DNA of 64,000 bases. Origin: Monocercomonoides exilis PA203 (lineage: Eukaryota; Protista; Preaxostyla). Under the pieces are notes generated by a model. The model searched no databases and had not been told where the DNA came from. It saw only the letters and a program-made list of their open reading frames with translations. Of this stretch, positions 50,847 to 61,200 are shown piece after piece (within the stretch, counting starts at the first letter, position 1; each line of letters opens with the position of its first letter). The DNA lies in NCBI GenBank assembly GCA_001643675.2, contig LSRY02000056.1, positions 496,001 to 560,000 of the forward strand, read 5' to 3'. The position numbers and the translations under genes were made by a program.

Positions 50847-51947
50847 TTAAGAAAGATAAAAATCCACAAGTCCAGGTATTTTATTTTTTATTAGTTCCTT
50901 TAATGAATAACCCATCTTCTCCATTTCAGGATCAGATACCTTCGCCTTTTCGTCTCGAGAAGGTGCAGTGACTTTGATAGAACAAATGCAGTTATAGATT
51001 TGTTCATAGTTATCTTTTGTACAAAAGAAAAGATATCGATTGCATTATCAAAAATGTGAAAAAGCGATTCATACTGAATATAGTATCACAAATCCTAAGA
51101 TAAAGCAGTGAATTCAACGATAAATCCTCGCTCCATTCGTCTGGACGAATTGTGCAAGGTAATATAATTTTCAACATCGAGGAAATTGCAGAAAGAAAAG
51201 AGTACGCAAAATATAAAACACTTTCAACGCGTTGCCAATCCTCTTTTGTAAAAGAAGTTGTCTGAGAAATAACTTGGACAATAACACTTTCTTCGCTCGT
51301 TATCTCAGAAGAATCAGGGAACTTTAACGTATCTATACTTAGAACTTTTAAGTTATTTTGATACATCCACTGCATAAAACTTAAGCGCCTGAGAAGTTCA
51401 AAATCTTTTTTTGAAAATTTAATAACAAAGATAGACATTGATATAATGTCATTCCTCAAGCTAAAGCAAAGGCAAACCTTTTGATGGAGAAATTTCCTGC
51501 TTTTCACAACCCGAATCTTGATTAGTTTTCGATTTCAAAATCAATTTTGAAGTATCAAGAACTTCATCTTTGAGTTTATTCCTCAGTTGCTCCACTAAAA
51601 CATTCATACGTACAAACAAAAAAATATTTTGTAAAAAATAAAACAATACAGCAACACAAAAAATACATTTTTCCCCTTCCGCTTTTTTTTGCGCAATTAA
51701 TGAATCAATCTGGCCAATTTGCTGAATGAGTTCTAAAATGGAGATAAATTTTTGAACAAAAATTATAGTGATCAAGATAAACTTATTTTTTTCTCGTCAT
51801 TTGCGGTTATCTGATTTGTTGAATCTTAAATAAAAAAAGATTGTGAAAATTCATTCCATCTCATAAAATGATAAAAAATCAACTTTCTGGTGCGCATTTC
51901 CTGCAAACAAGAAAAATAGACGAGTTTTCACATTTTGAGCATTTCAT
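50847..51947 (-). CDS. Atg14/UVRAG(Vps38)-like PI3K-III complex subunit, multi-exon
   Basis: First exon MKCSKCENSSIFLVCRKC (CxxC-x8-CxxC, as at the Atg14 N-terminus), then a coiled coil, then VESVLYFAYSFLSAISSMLKIILPCTI resembling the BARA-domain helix. Similarity is otherwise weak. Confidence 0.45.
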
Positions 51948-52063
51948 TACTTCCAAAATTGAAAATATTGAAGCAAATTAAAATTTCGATCAAAGCTAAA
52001 TATTTACCCAATATATATTTATTCATCAATTAATTAATTTATAATGGCACATCATTTTAGAAA

Positions 52064-52561
52064 ATGAAAATAGTTCAGTTTATTATTCCAATTCCTTTGA
52101 CTTTAGAAGAATACGAAATCGGACATTTGTGTGTTTTTTTATTTGTAAAGAAAGAGGAAAGTATTTGCTTATATTTTTTAAGGTATATGGTTGCAAAATC
52201 TTCAAGACAAAACAGCGCAAAGGGCGATGGAGTTGAAGTTATAAAAAATGAACCGTACAATAAAGATGGTGTACATGGGCAGTATACACTTAAGGTTTTC
52301 AAAATTTCATTTATTCATGAAAGTATTTGTTTTTTTCCTATGATATTGCGCAATTTGAAAGAGAATGTATATATCATCTAGGATTCCTAAGTTTTTGAGT
52401 ATGATTTTACCAAGCGATGCACTTACCCTTGAGGAGGAATCATGGAATGCGTTTCCTTATACAAAGACAGTTTATAAGAATTTGTGGATGAAAGATTCAT
52501 TTTCTTTAACGATTGAATCAATGCACATTGAAGGAGCAGACATACCTGAAAATGTTAGAAA

Positions 52562-52648
<87 letters not shown>

Positions 52649-53650
52649 CGATTTTAAACAAACTTCTTTTTTTCATTCTTTCAACTTTGTGTTTTTTTAA
52701 GCCAGTAAACCTTTCAGACGAAGAATTGAAATCTTGTTCTGTAGAGACTCTTGATATTGGAGAACCAGTTGTTTGGGACTGTTGTTTTTTTAATTGCTTT
52801 CTTGTTCACATGTCATATTTTTTTTTTTTTTTGAAAAAAAAATGTACACTTTTAACAGGAACGCAAAATTACACGCGAGTACAATTGCAACGAAGATCCA
52901 ACAATTTACAAGTCAATGAAGACAGAGCGCGGCCCTCTGTTCCCTGGCTGGTGGAGGACAGCCAAAAAGAAAGGGTGGCCGCTGACGGTCGCGTGCAAAG
53001 TGATGAAGATTGACTTCCAGTGGTTTGGGCTGCAGACGATTGCGGAGAGCTACGCAGTGTCTCTCTGCCGGTCGATCTTTGCGGATGCGCACCGGCAGCA
53101 GTTCTGCTGGCTGGATGAGTACTTTGGGTTGACGATGTACGACGTGCGGATATTCGAGAAGAGAGAGCTCGAGGCTGCGAAGAGGGCACTGGAAGGAGTG
53201 AATGAGGGGGAGGAGGAGGAAGAGGAAGAAGAAGATAATGTTGGAGGTAACAAAGAAGATGAAGAAGTGGAAGAAGATGGAGAGAAAGCAAGCGATGAAG
53301 AAGGATATGATGGTGAAAAGGAAGAGAAAGCGAATAAGGAAGAAAATGACACTTGCGATTGTTCCTGTAGGCTGCCGTGGGAGAAGAAAGACACAGAGAA
53401 AGAAAAAGATATCTTCATAGACGAGAACGAGAAATTGGAAGGGCTGCCAAAGTATATTGATACAAACGAACTTTTATACAAAGAGGAGATTGAAAAAGCC
53501 AAAGATACAAATGTGGGGGACGAAAATGTGTGTTCCACTCATTCTTCTATATTACCCGAAACACATTCAGACTCCTCCACTTCAGCAACTTCGCATTCAA
53601 CCATTGCTCCTTCATCTGCTGTTCCTGAATCAGAAGATCACCAAAGCCAG

Positions 53651-53681
<31 letters not shown>

Positions 53682-53794
53682 CTACCCAGCCAGTTTCTTC
53701 GGATGTTCCGATAAACCAATCAAACTTAGCATCTACTTCTACTGCAGCGCCTTCTCAAGTGGATTCTTCTGTGCAAGGACCTCAGAAAGAGTAA
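52064..53794 (+). CDS. Phosphatidylinositol transfer protein (START-like PITP) with acidic/Ser-rich C-terminal extension
   Basis: IPLTLEEYEIGHL|YMVAK, GVEVIKNEPY..GQYTLK, LEEESWNAFPYTKT, EDPTIYKSMKTERGPL..W, ACK, HRQQFCWLDEYFGLTMYDVRIFE. Confidence 0.92.
52563..52646. repeat. Perfect (ATT)28 microsatellite in a PITP intron
   Basis: 84 bp counted directly; it begins a few bases after the GTTAGA donor. Confidence 0.92.
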
Positions 53795-54417
53795 CTGTTG
53801 TTATTTTTGGCTGGCTTATAGATTGTGCTTCATATGCTAAATTGATTTATTGTTATTTTTTGTTGGATGAATTTCACTTTGCTTGTCTATTTCTTTTCTT
53901 TTCTTTTTTTTATAAACCCATCAAAAACAAAAATTTCATGGTTTTCACTCATGCTTGTTTAGATTATTATTTATGTGTATTTTATCTTGCGTTTTGTTTC
54001 AGTTATTTGGTGGATGTGTTATTGTGATAATTATTTTTTCCCCCTTCTTTTTTGACACAAGACGATTTGGTATGCATATCAGCAGTCTTATCGTTTTGAA
54101 ATGGTTAATTTTTAATTTTTGAGAAGCTTTAATCTTGAATAACAGTTTTGCCTTTTCATTTTTTTGATTTTTAAAAAGATATTTATCTTGAAGATTGTTT
54201 TAGTGAAAACATATTTCTTTTTGTTTGAAAAAAGCGTTTTTCTTTTTTTTCTGAGAAAGAATCTTGAAGAGCAATAAATTTTAGAAAGAAGAAAATCAAA
54301 AAAAAACCTGTTGCAGTAAATAAAATTGCTCACCGGCTTTATAAAAATCCCAGAAAGAACAATATCTTTGAAAAAATTCATTCAAAACAAAAAAAAATTC
54401 AAACAAATAATTTTCAT

Positions 54418-56742
54418 CTATTTATTGTAATTCTGTGCATCAGCTTCTTTGCTCATCCTTCTCAAAATACGAGTGCGCCTTCCTGGGTTCTTCATCCTCT
54501 TCTTTTTCTCCTTTTTGCTCTGGTCAACGCTTCCTCTAACGAAAGCTGGAACAAACGGCCAGTAATGTTTGTCTTCTGTTATACACATTTGAAATGTTTC
54601 TATTAAAATCTCCAGTTTCTTTTCGCAAAATGAGCAATATGTTGTCTCCTTGTGATTATTCGAAAGGCAATAACTCGTTTGCGACGAAGTGAAAGACGAA
54701 AGAGGTTGCAATGACGGTTGCAATGATGAAAAGAAAGGAATACAATTGCCCATCTCTTCATTCTTCTGCACCATTTCATTAAAAGAACTAAAAGAAGAAG
54801 ACGAATAAGCTCCTCTAAAAAGTGTCTTCAAATAGAATGGTGTCACAATAACTTCTTCATTTTCGTATTTCTGCTCTTCTTTGTTCGAGGCATCATGCAA
54901 ATCACATCGAGAGAGAGATAATTCTCGTCCATCTGGTGCAGAGTTAGGTGAATGTGGAGGAGCATCGCATTTATTGATGCTATTAAAGGGATGCGATAGC
55001 AAAAAAGATGCAGGCGTTTGTGAAGATGAAGCAGTATGAGTTTTTGAAGAAGGAAAATAACGTGAACAATCTGATTGCACAAAGCGCTCTTTGGTGAAAT
55101 GCCTGTCATTGTGAAACTGATGTCTGACTTGTGGTTGTTCAAACGGGTAAGCATTTGATTCCTCATTCTCAAATGATGTTTGAGCAGCCACTTTATAACC
55201 ATGCGACGCTGTTCTATAAAAAGGCAATGCGTGCGATGAATCTCGATTAGAAGTGAGCGTTGAAGAAAGCCGAGAGGAAATTTCAGGCTTTTCAGAAGCA
55301 GCCGAATCAGAAAGAGAACATATAGAGTCGTATGAGTCTGAAGACCTAATGCGTTTCGAGTCATATCCACCGGGAAAAGAATCAAAAGAATGTATTTGAG
55401 TACAAACAGAAGAGTATTGATTGGAAAAGCCTGTATAGTGTTCAAGAAGGTTATCAAGTTGCGGCTCCTCTTTGCTTTCTTTCTTTTGTTCTTTGTTTGA
55501 AATTTCAGTTTCTCCTTTCTGTTTCCTTTCTGACAAATCTTCGCTATCCAAATTGTCATCCACAACTTTCTCATCTTCTTTAATTCCAAACACATTCGAG
55601 CGAACAACCATTTCCTTCACAGTTTCAGATTCCTCTTCTCTCTTTCGCTCTTTCTTTTCTTTCTTTTCAATCATTTGCAGCAGCTCTCCTCTTTCGTCCT
55701 CTTCCATTTCGCTTCCTTCAAACAGCAGTCTATTTCGCAGCTCTTCGAGCGTGACTATGCTTCTTTCTTGCTCTTCATACACCAATTTTTCTTTTGACTC
55801 TTCGTCTTTCTCTCTTGAAAGCATTTCTGCTTTGTCCCACAGCTGCTTCTCCTCTGCGCAGATGCCCCAGTCTTTGGACAGCCAAATTCCGTATCTCTTA
55901 AAATGCTTCTTTGCATCTTCTATTTGATGCTCAACAAGCCTTCGCTTTTTCTCGTCAAAGCAAAGCAGCTCATCTTCTTCATTGGTATCTTCGTCTTCAA
56001 AAGACTTGACATCTTTCACGTTCAAATCAAGGAATTTGGAACACGAACTTTTATATTTTTCATCTGGATTTTCCGTTCTTTTATATTTATCAGATGCACT
56101 TTTTATGTATGAAAGATCCTTTACAGCTTTAAATTTGTGCTTCATGTCTTCATTTCTCCATTTTGTGAGTAATTCTCTGCTATCATATAACTGATTAACT
56201 TTAACTTGAATTGTTTCTGATGTATATTTGATGTGACTCGGTAAAATTTGCGTTACGGATAGATTTCTCCATGTTAAATTTGGAATATCAGAAAATCTTG
56301 AGTCCAACAATTGCAAAGGTTCATGATCATTTTTTTTCGGATGTAAATTCAAATTAATAGAATTTGTTTCATGTTGCTGATTAAAAGTACCAAGCGTCTT
56401 GTTCAAACCCTCTGAAGAAGATGATGTTCTTGAATAAAATTGTGTTTCTTCAATTGACGCACGTTGCAGCTTCATTCCAATATTTTGACTTTTGTTTTGC
56501 ACAAAAGCAAAATGTTTTATTGCATTTTCGTTGTGTACATATGCTGCATTCGAGAATTTTGAATTATCACTAAAGCTCCATTGATTTTTACACAAAGACG
56601 AAGCAAACGGGGATGAAGAAGCAAAAGAAGAATGATATGCTTCGGGGCTTTGGTGCCTTTTTGATGAATATGAAATCGAAAATCCTTCATTTTCTTCACC
56701 AAAAATTACACAACAATGCCAAGCAAAAATTAATATAGACAA
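54418..56742 (-). CDS. Hypothetical protein of about 770 aa with a central charged coiled coil; true start uncertain
   Basis: Long stop-free ORF in AT-rich DNA. No in-frame ATG at its 5' edge, so an upstream exon or later start is likely. No domain recognised. Confidence 0.6.
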   Translation of the reverse strand: MSILIFAWHCCVIFGEENEGFSISYSSKRHQSPEAYHSSFASSSPFASSLCKNQWSFSDNSKFSNAAYVHNENAIKHFAFVQNKSQNIGMKLQRASIEETQFYSRTSSSSEGLNKTLGTFNQQHETNSINLNLHPKKNDHEPLQLLDSRFSDIPNLTWRNLSVTQILPSHIKYTSETIQVKVNQLYDSRELLTKWRNEDMKHKFKAVKDLSYIKSASDKYKRTENPDEKYKSSCSKFLDLNVKDVKSFEDEDTNEEDELLCFDEKKRRLVEHQIEDAKKHFKRYGIWLSKDWGICAEEKQLWDKAEMLSREKDEESKEKLVYEEQERSIVTLEELRNRLLFEGSEMEEDERGELLQMIEKKEKKERKREEESETVKEMVVRSNVFGIKEDEKVVDDNLDSEDLSERKQKGETEISNKEQKKESKEEPQLDNLLEHYTGFSNQYSSVCTQIHSFDSFPGGYDSKRIRSSDSYDSICSLSDSAASEKPEISSRLSSTLTSNRDSSHALPFYRTASHGYKVAAQTSFENEESNAYPFEQPQVRHQFHNDRHFTKERFVQSDCSRYFPSSKTHTASSSQTPASFLLSHPFNSINKCDAPPHSPNSAPDGRELSLSRCDLHDASNKEEQKYENEEVIVTPFYLKTLFRGAYSSSSFSSFNEMVQKNEEMGNCIPFFSSLQPSLQPLSSFTSSQTSYCLSNNHKETTYCSFCEKKLEILIETFQMCITEDKHYWPFVPAFVRGSVDQSKKEKKKRMKNPGRRTRILRRMSKEADAQNYNK

Positions 56743-57059
56743 ACAAAAAACTTTCTCACACCATATGGTAATTTCGTTTGAAAATATAATAAATTCATAG
56801 TATGTTAATTATTCTTTCGAAAGTTAAAAAAATCCAACCATTTATTGAAAATTTTTATTATGCATTGGGTTGTCTCATTTGTTTTAAAAGCAAATATCGA
56901 TTCACCATTAACTTGTTTTTTTCATGTTTTTGCGTTTCTGGAAAATATTAACCTTTATTTTCTATTTTTCGCTATCAATTTTTTTTTCTTCCAAATAATT
57001 CGAGGAAAAAGCAAAAATTAACAAAAAATTCTTATTCACCATCTACAAAAAAAGAATTA

Positions 57060-57780
57060 CTTGAAAAACACAAGCTTCATGGGAATGGAATGTTCGAAAT
57101 TAGATGGAATACAATAATAGCTCAGAGTTTTGAAAACTGAATGAAAAATATTCTGAATTCCGAGAAATAATCGAAAAGTTCGATGTTCATTATGCGAGCT
57201 TGTGGGAATCGGGAAAATCTTCAAAATGAGACACTTTTTTACGAAAAATGCTTGAACTTCAAAACAAAGGGCAAAAAAATACAAGAAAAGGGCAGCCGCT
57301 GAAATTTATTCTCCTCCATTTACATTTATTCATATGCTTTTTTGTGTGGGATATCGTTTCAACTCAGGCGGGAGAATGCAACCGTTACAACTTTCAAATG
57401 TTTTATAAAATTTATTACAATGGAATGTCTTCAAGGAATTATCGAAGAAAGTGGCTAAAATTGATGAAGCAAAGCTGCCTAGAAAAATAGTGGTTTTGGA
57501 AAAGTGCGTTGTGAAAGCATAAAATTCACGTTTATCGGAAAAGAAGATAAGCACGCGAGCCAATTTAGAGTTGAATGAAATCTTGAAGAAAGGAATCGAT
57601 TTGAGAGTTTTCTGATGATCGAAATAGGAAAAGAAAGGCGAACGGAACAAGAAGAAAAATAGAAAGAAGAATGAAAAGCACTTATCTTCACGAACAATAC
57701 TGAAGCATCAATAAGATTTGTATCATTTCAGATCACCAAAAACTGTCCAGACTTTCAAAAAAGACAATTTCACATAACTG
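57060..57780 (+). pseudogene. Decayed ORF, possibly a hAT-like transposase C-terminus
   Basis: A frame with many stops includes LLQWNVFKELSKKVAKI...NSRLSEKKISTR, loosely like the hAT dimerisation domain. Confidence 0.25.
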
Positions 57781-58229
57781 ATGCTTTATTTAAAAAAAAC
57801 CGAAAAAAATATCAGAGAATAAAAATATACACGAAATCTGAAGCCGATGCATTGAAACATAAAAAAAAATCAATGAACATTCATTATTTCGAAGCACGAC
57901 AATTATTTGGAAAAGGACTATCAATGTCAACTTATCATTCAGTATTTTTATCTAAAGTTCATCACGAAATATTATTTTATTTATTTTTATTCGGCTTTGG
58001 CTTTGAACGGAACTTGTGAATGAATTTTTGGATTGATTCAACTGAGATTAATGAATAACACTCAAAATGGTCATTGTCCTCATTTTCCCGCATCTGAAGG
58101 AAAATTGAAGATCAATTGAATTATTTGTTTTTGAACGCAATTCAGTTATCAATAATGGGCGGAACGAAAGATCGAAGAAGCAAACACTTTCTCGTTTTTA
58201 AAATTGAGTTTTTGCTGGGAGAAAATCAA

Positions 58230-61200
58230 ATGACACATGGAGCAAGTTTTTTGACTTTGTGCATATGTGTGCTTTGCATCATCGCAGGTGCTGCAAACAA
58301 AGAGAATTATGAGACGAAGATTACGAAGAAAGAAGAAAAGGGAATTATTTTGGAAGGCATCAGGAAGAACAATGATTTTTGCTTCACAAATAGAAGAAAC
58401 AATAAATGTTCAAAAAATTATGAGAATTCAGGCAGAAGAAATGAAGAAACAGAAGCAAGCGAACAAGATTTTGTAAAAATGAAAAGGAAAAACAAGGGAA
58501 ATATTGTCAAAGAATGGCAAGTTATTTTTTTCGAACCAAAATGTTATACTAACGAATTGAAAGATGAAATAAGTGGAAACAAACTCTACGAAAGTGAGAT
58601 TCTTGGATACTTGCTGTTTTCAAATTCAACAGTTATTCTTCAAAGTTTGGCATTTGCAGAGTGTTCAAACGGACGAGTTTTCTGTGCTGAATGTGAAAGC
58701 ACAATGGTGCTCAGCGCATGCAGAATATGCACAAAAATCACTGCATCTCCAATTGAGTTAAGTTGCAGCGATGCAATGTTAACAAATGTTACGCTGCATT
58801 CCATGAATCCATCTTCGTTTCAACAAGCCCCACTAATTTTGGGGAAATCGTGCATTTCAATTTCTCCAAAATTGGGAAACGTGCTCGTGAGTTCTTCTTT
58901 CTTTTCTTCGTTCACTGTTTCTTCTGCACCATTTTTGTCTTCAAAATTCATTGAAAAAGCCACACTTTCCAATTTGGAGTTCTTCAATATTTCCTCAACA
59001 TTCAAATCAAAACAGAGCATTTCTAAGGATGTGAAAGAATGCAGCACGATCATAAGCTGCTGTTTGTTTTCGTCTGTTTGTGATGCACTTGATGGAGGAA
59101 TTGTTCGATCGATCAATGCTCCATCGTCATCTCTTTTGGCAACAAACACATCATTTGTTGGATGCTATCGTACAACAAATGCTGAATTCATTGGAAACGA
59201 AAGCAACCCTTCAAAACCAGGGAGGCAAAATTCGACAAGTGAAGTAATAAACACATTTATCTGGTGCGAATGGAATGGATCAAAGGCAAATGGAACTGGA
59301 GAGTTCAAAGAAGACGGAACATCCAGCGGAGGTGCAATTTGGATGAGTAATTTGCCATCAGGTTCTCTTTCCGCTTTTCATTGTTCTTTCAATGACTGTT
59401 CTGCCCATGGATGTGGAGGTGGAATTGTGTGCTTTGATATTAATTCAGTGAAGGTTGCAAATTGTTCGTTCATAGCATGTGTTGCTAAAGAAAATTATGG
59501 AGGAGGGATGTATTTGATAAATATTTATTATTGCATTCTTGTTGCGGATTGTGCATTCAGAGAATGTTCCTCTAACCACCTTGGTGGAGGTTTAAATCTT
59601 GGAGCGTTCAACATGTCAGGCGGAAAATGCATTGAAGATGAAAGTGGAGAAACAGATAGCGCATGGCTGAAAAACTGTTCATTTATTCGATGCACAATAG
59701 AAAATATAAAGGGAGGTGGATTCTGTTGCTACAGCATCCCAGCAGAGTTTAAAATGAAAGAAATAGTTTTTATTTCCTGTTTTGCAAGGGCCTTTGGAGG
59801 AGGAATGAGGCTGGAACATTATGAGGAAACGCATCCCAATGATGACAAATACTGTTATTTCCTTTTCTTTCATGATTGCGCATGCTCTGAATCTATTCCT
59901 TATGGTCATGATGTTTTTATTATAGATAGATGCAATTTGATGCAATCAACAAATCCATTTTTTGAATGTTATTCAACTAATATGGATGATAGAAGAGTGT
60001 GCTATGGATATTCATCAGACAATGAGATCTTTGAGCAAACGAAAATGAAGAATTGGCTCAAAGACGGAGTGATTGATCGATTTGTTGGAATTGATGGAAT
60101 GGATTCAGGAGAATGGTGTGGATTAAGTCAATTCACAAGATGCAAAACAATTGGCTTTGCAGTTGAAAATAGCCTGAATCAGTTGAAATCAAGAATAGTT
60201 ATTCTTGAAGGGAAGCATGCAAGTGAAATACACACAATTGATGTGTGCGAAAAGAGTATTGATATTGTCGGAAAAGGGAAAGATCAAAGCTCAATTAGTA
60301 CAGAGTCACTAAACTCTTCTGCTTCATTCCTTTTCAGTGTGTTAAATGGAAACCTTTATGGTGCACATTTTTGCATATTCCTAAGTTTTTCAAGTCATCT
60401 TTCTCAAAGTGTATTTGTCGTTGCATCTGAAAGTGGAGCTCTTTCATTGGAAGAAGTCAAAATCACTTCAGAAACTGAAAAAGAAGTTTCTTTATCAACA
60501 TCAATATTTAAATTACCTCTTTCACAATTATCGATGTGTGTTGTTGAGATTGAAATGATATCTGGATCATTACCACTATTTTCAGAGCCCCATTCCTCAA
60601 CTATAGAGTCAAAAGAAAGCATTTTGTCAAATGTGACAATCCGAAATGTGAATCGGACAACAGGTGATGGAGTGGTGATGGCAAAAAGCGTGAAGGGAGG
60701 AGAAACATTTGTGGTGCGAAATGTAACGATGGATGGATGTAAGTGCCTGGATGGATGCGGTGGAGGAATCAAAGTTGAATTAGAGGAATCATCAAGTAAA
60801 GCTTGCATTGGAACAACATCTTCACAAGATGGAGGAACAACAACATTTGATCAATGCAGTTGCGGAGGATATGGAGGAGGGGTGATGCTATTTCTGGCAG
60901 ATAATTCATTTGACTTTGAGATTTCATCGGTGAGTTTTATTGGTTGCAGTGCAACATTGGGAGGGAAAGATGTGTTTGTGAATGGGAGCAAGCTGGTGAG
61001 CGGGACAATAACAATTGCAAAGCTGAATGTTGGACACAATGGATCTGTTTATGATGAGCTGATGGGATATGACAGGAATGAGGGAGGGATGGGAATATTC
61101 CCATTGAATGTGTTTTTTGATGCATTTTCAGGAGCAGCACATGTGGGGAAGGGGGTAAATGGGTATGGAGGATATGACTCGTGGTTTTGTGGGTTTGGGT

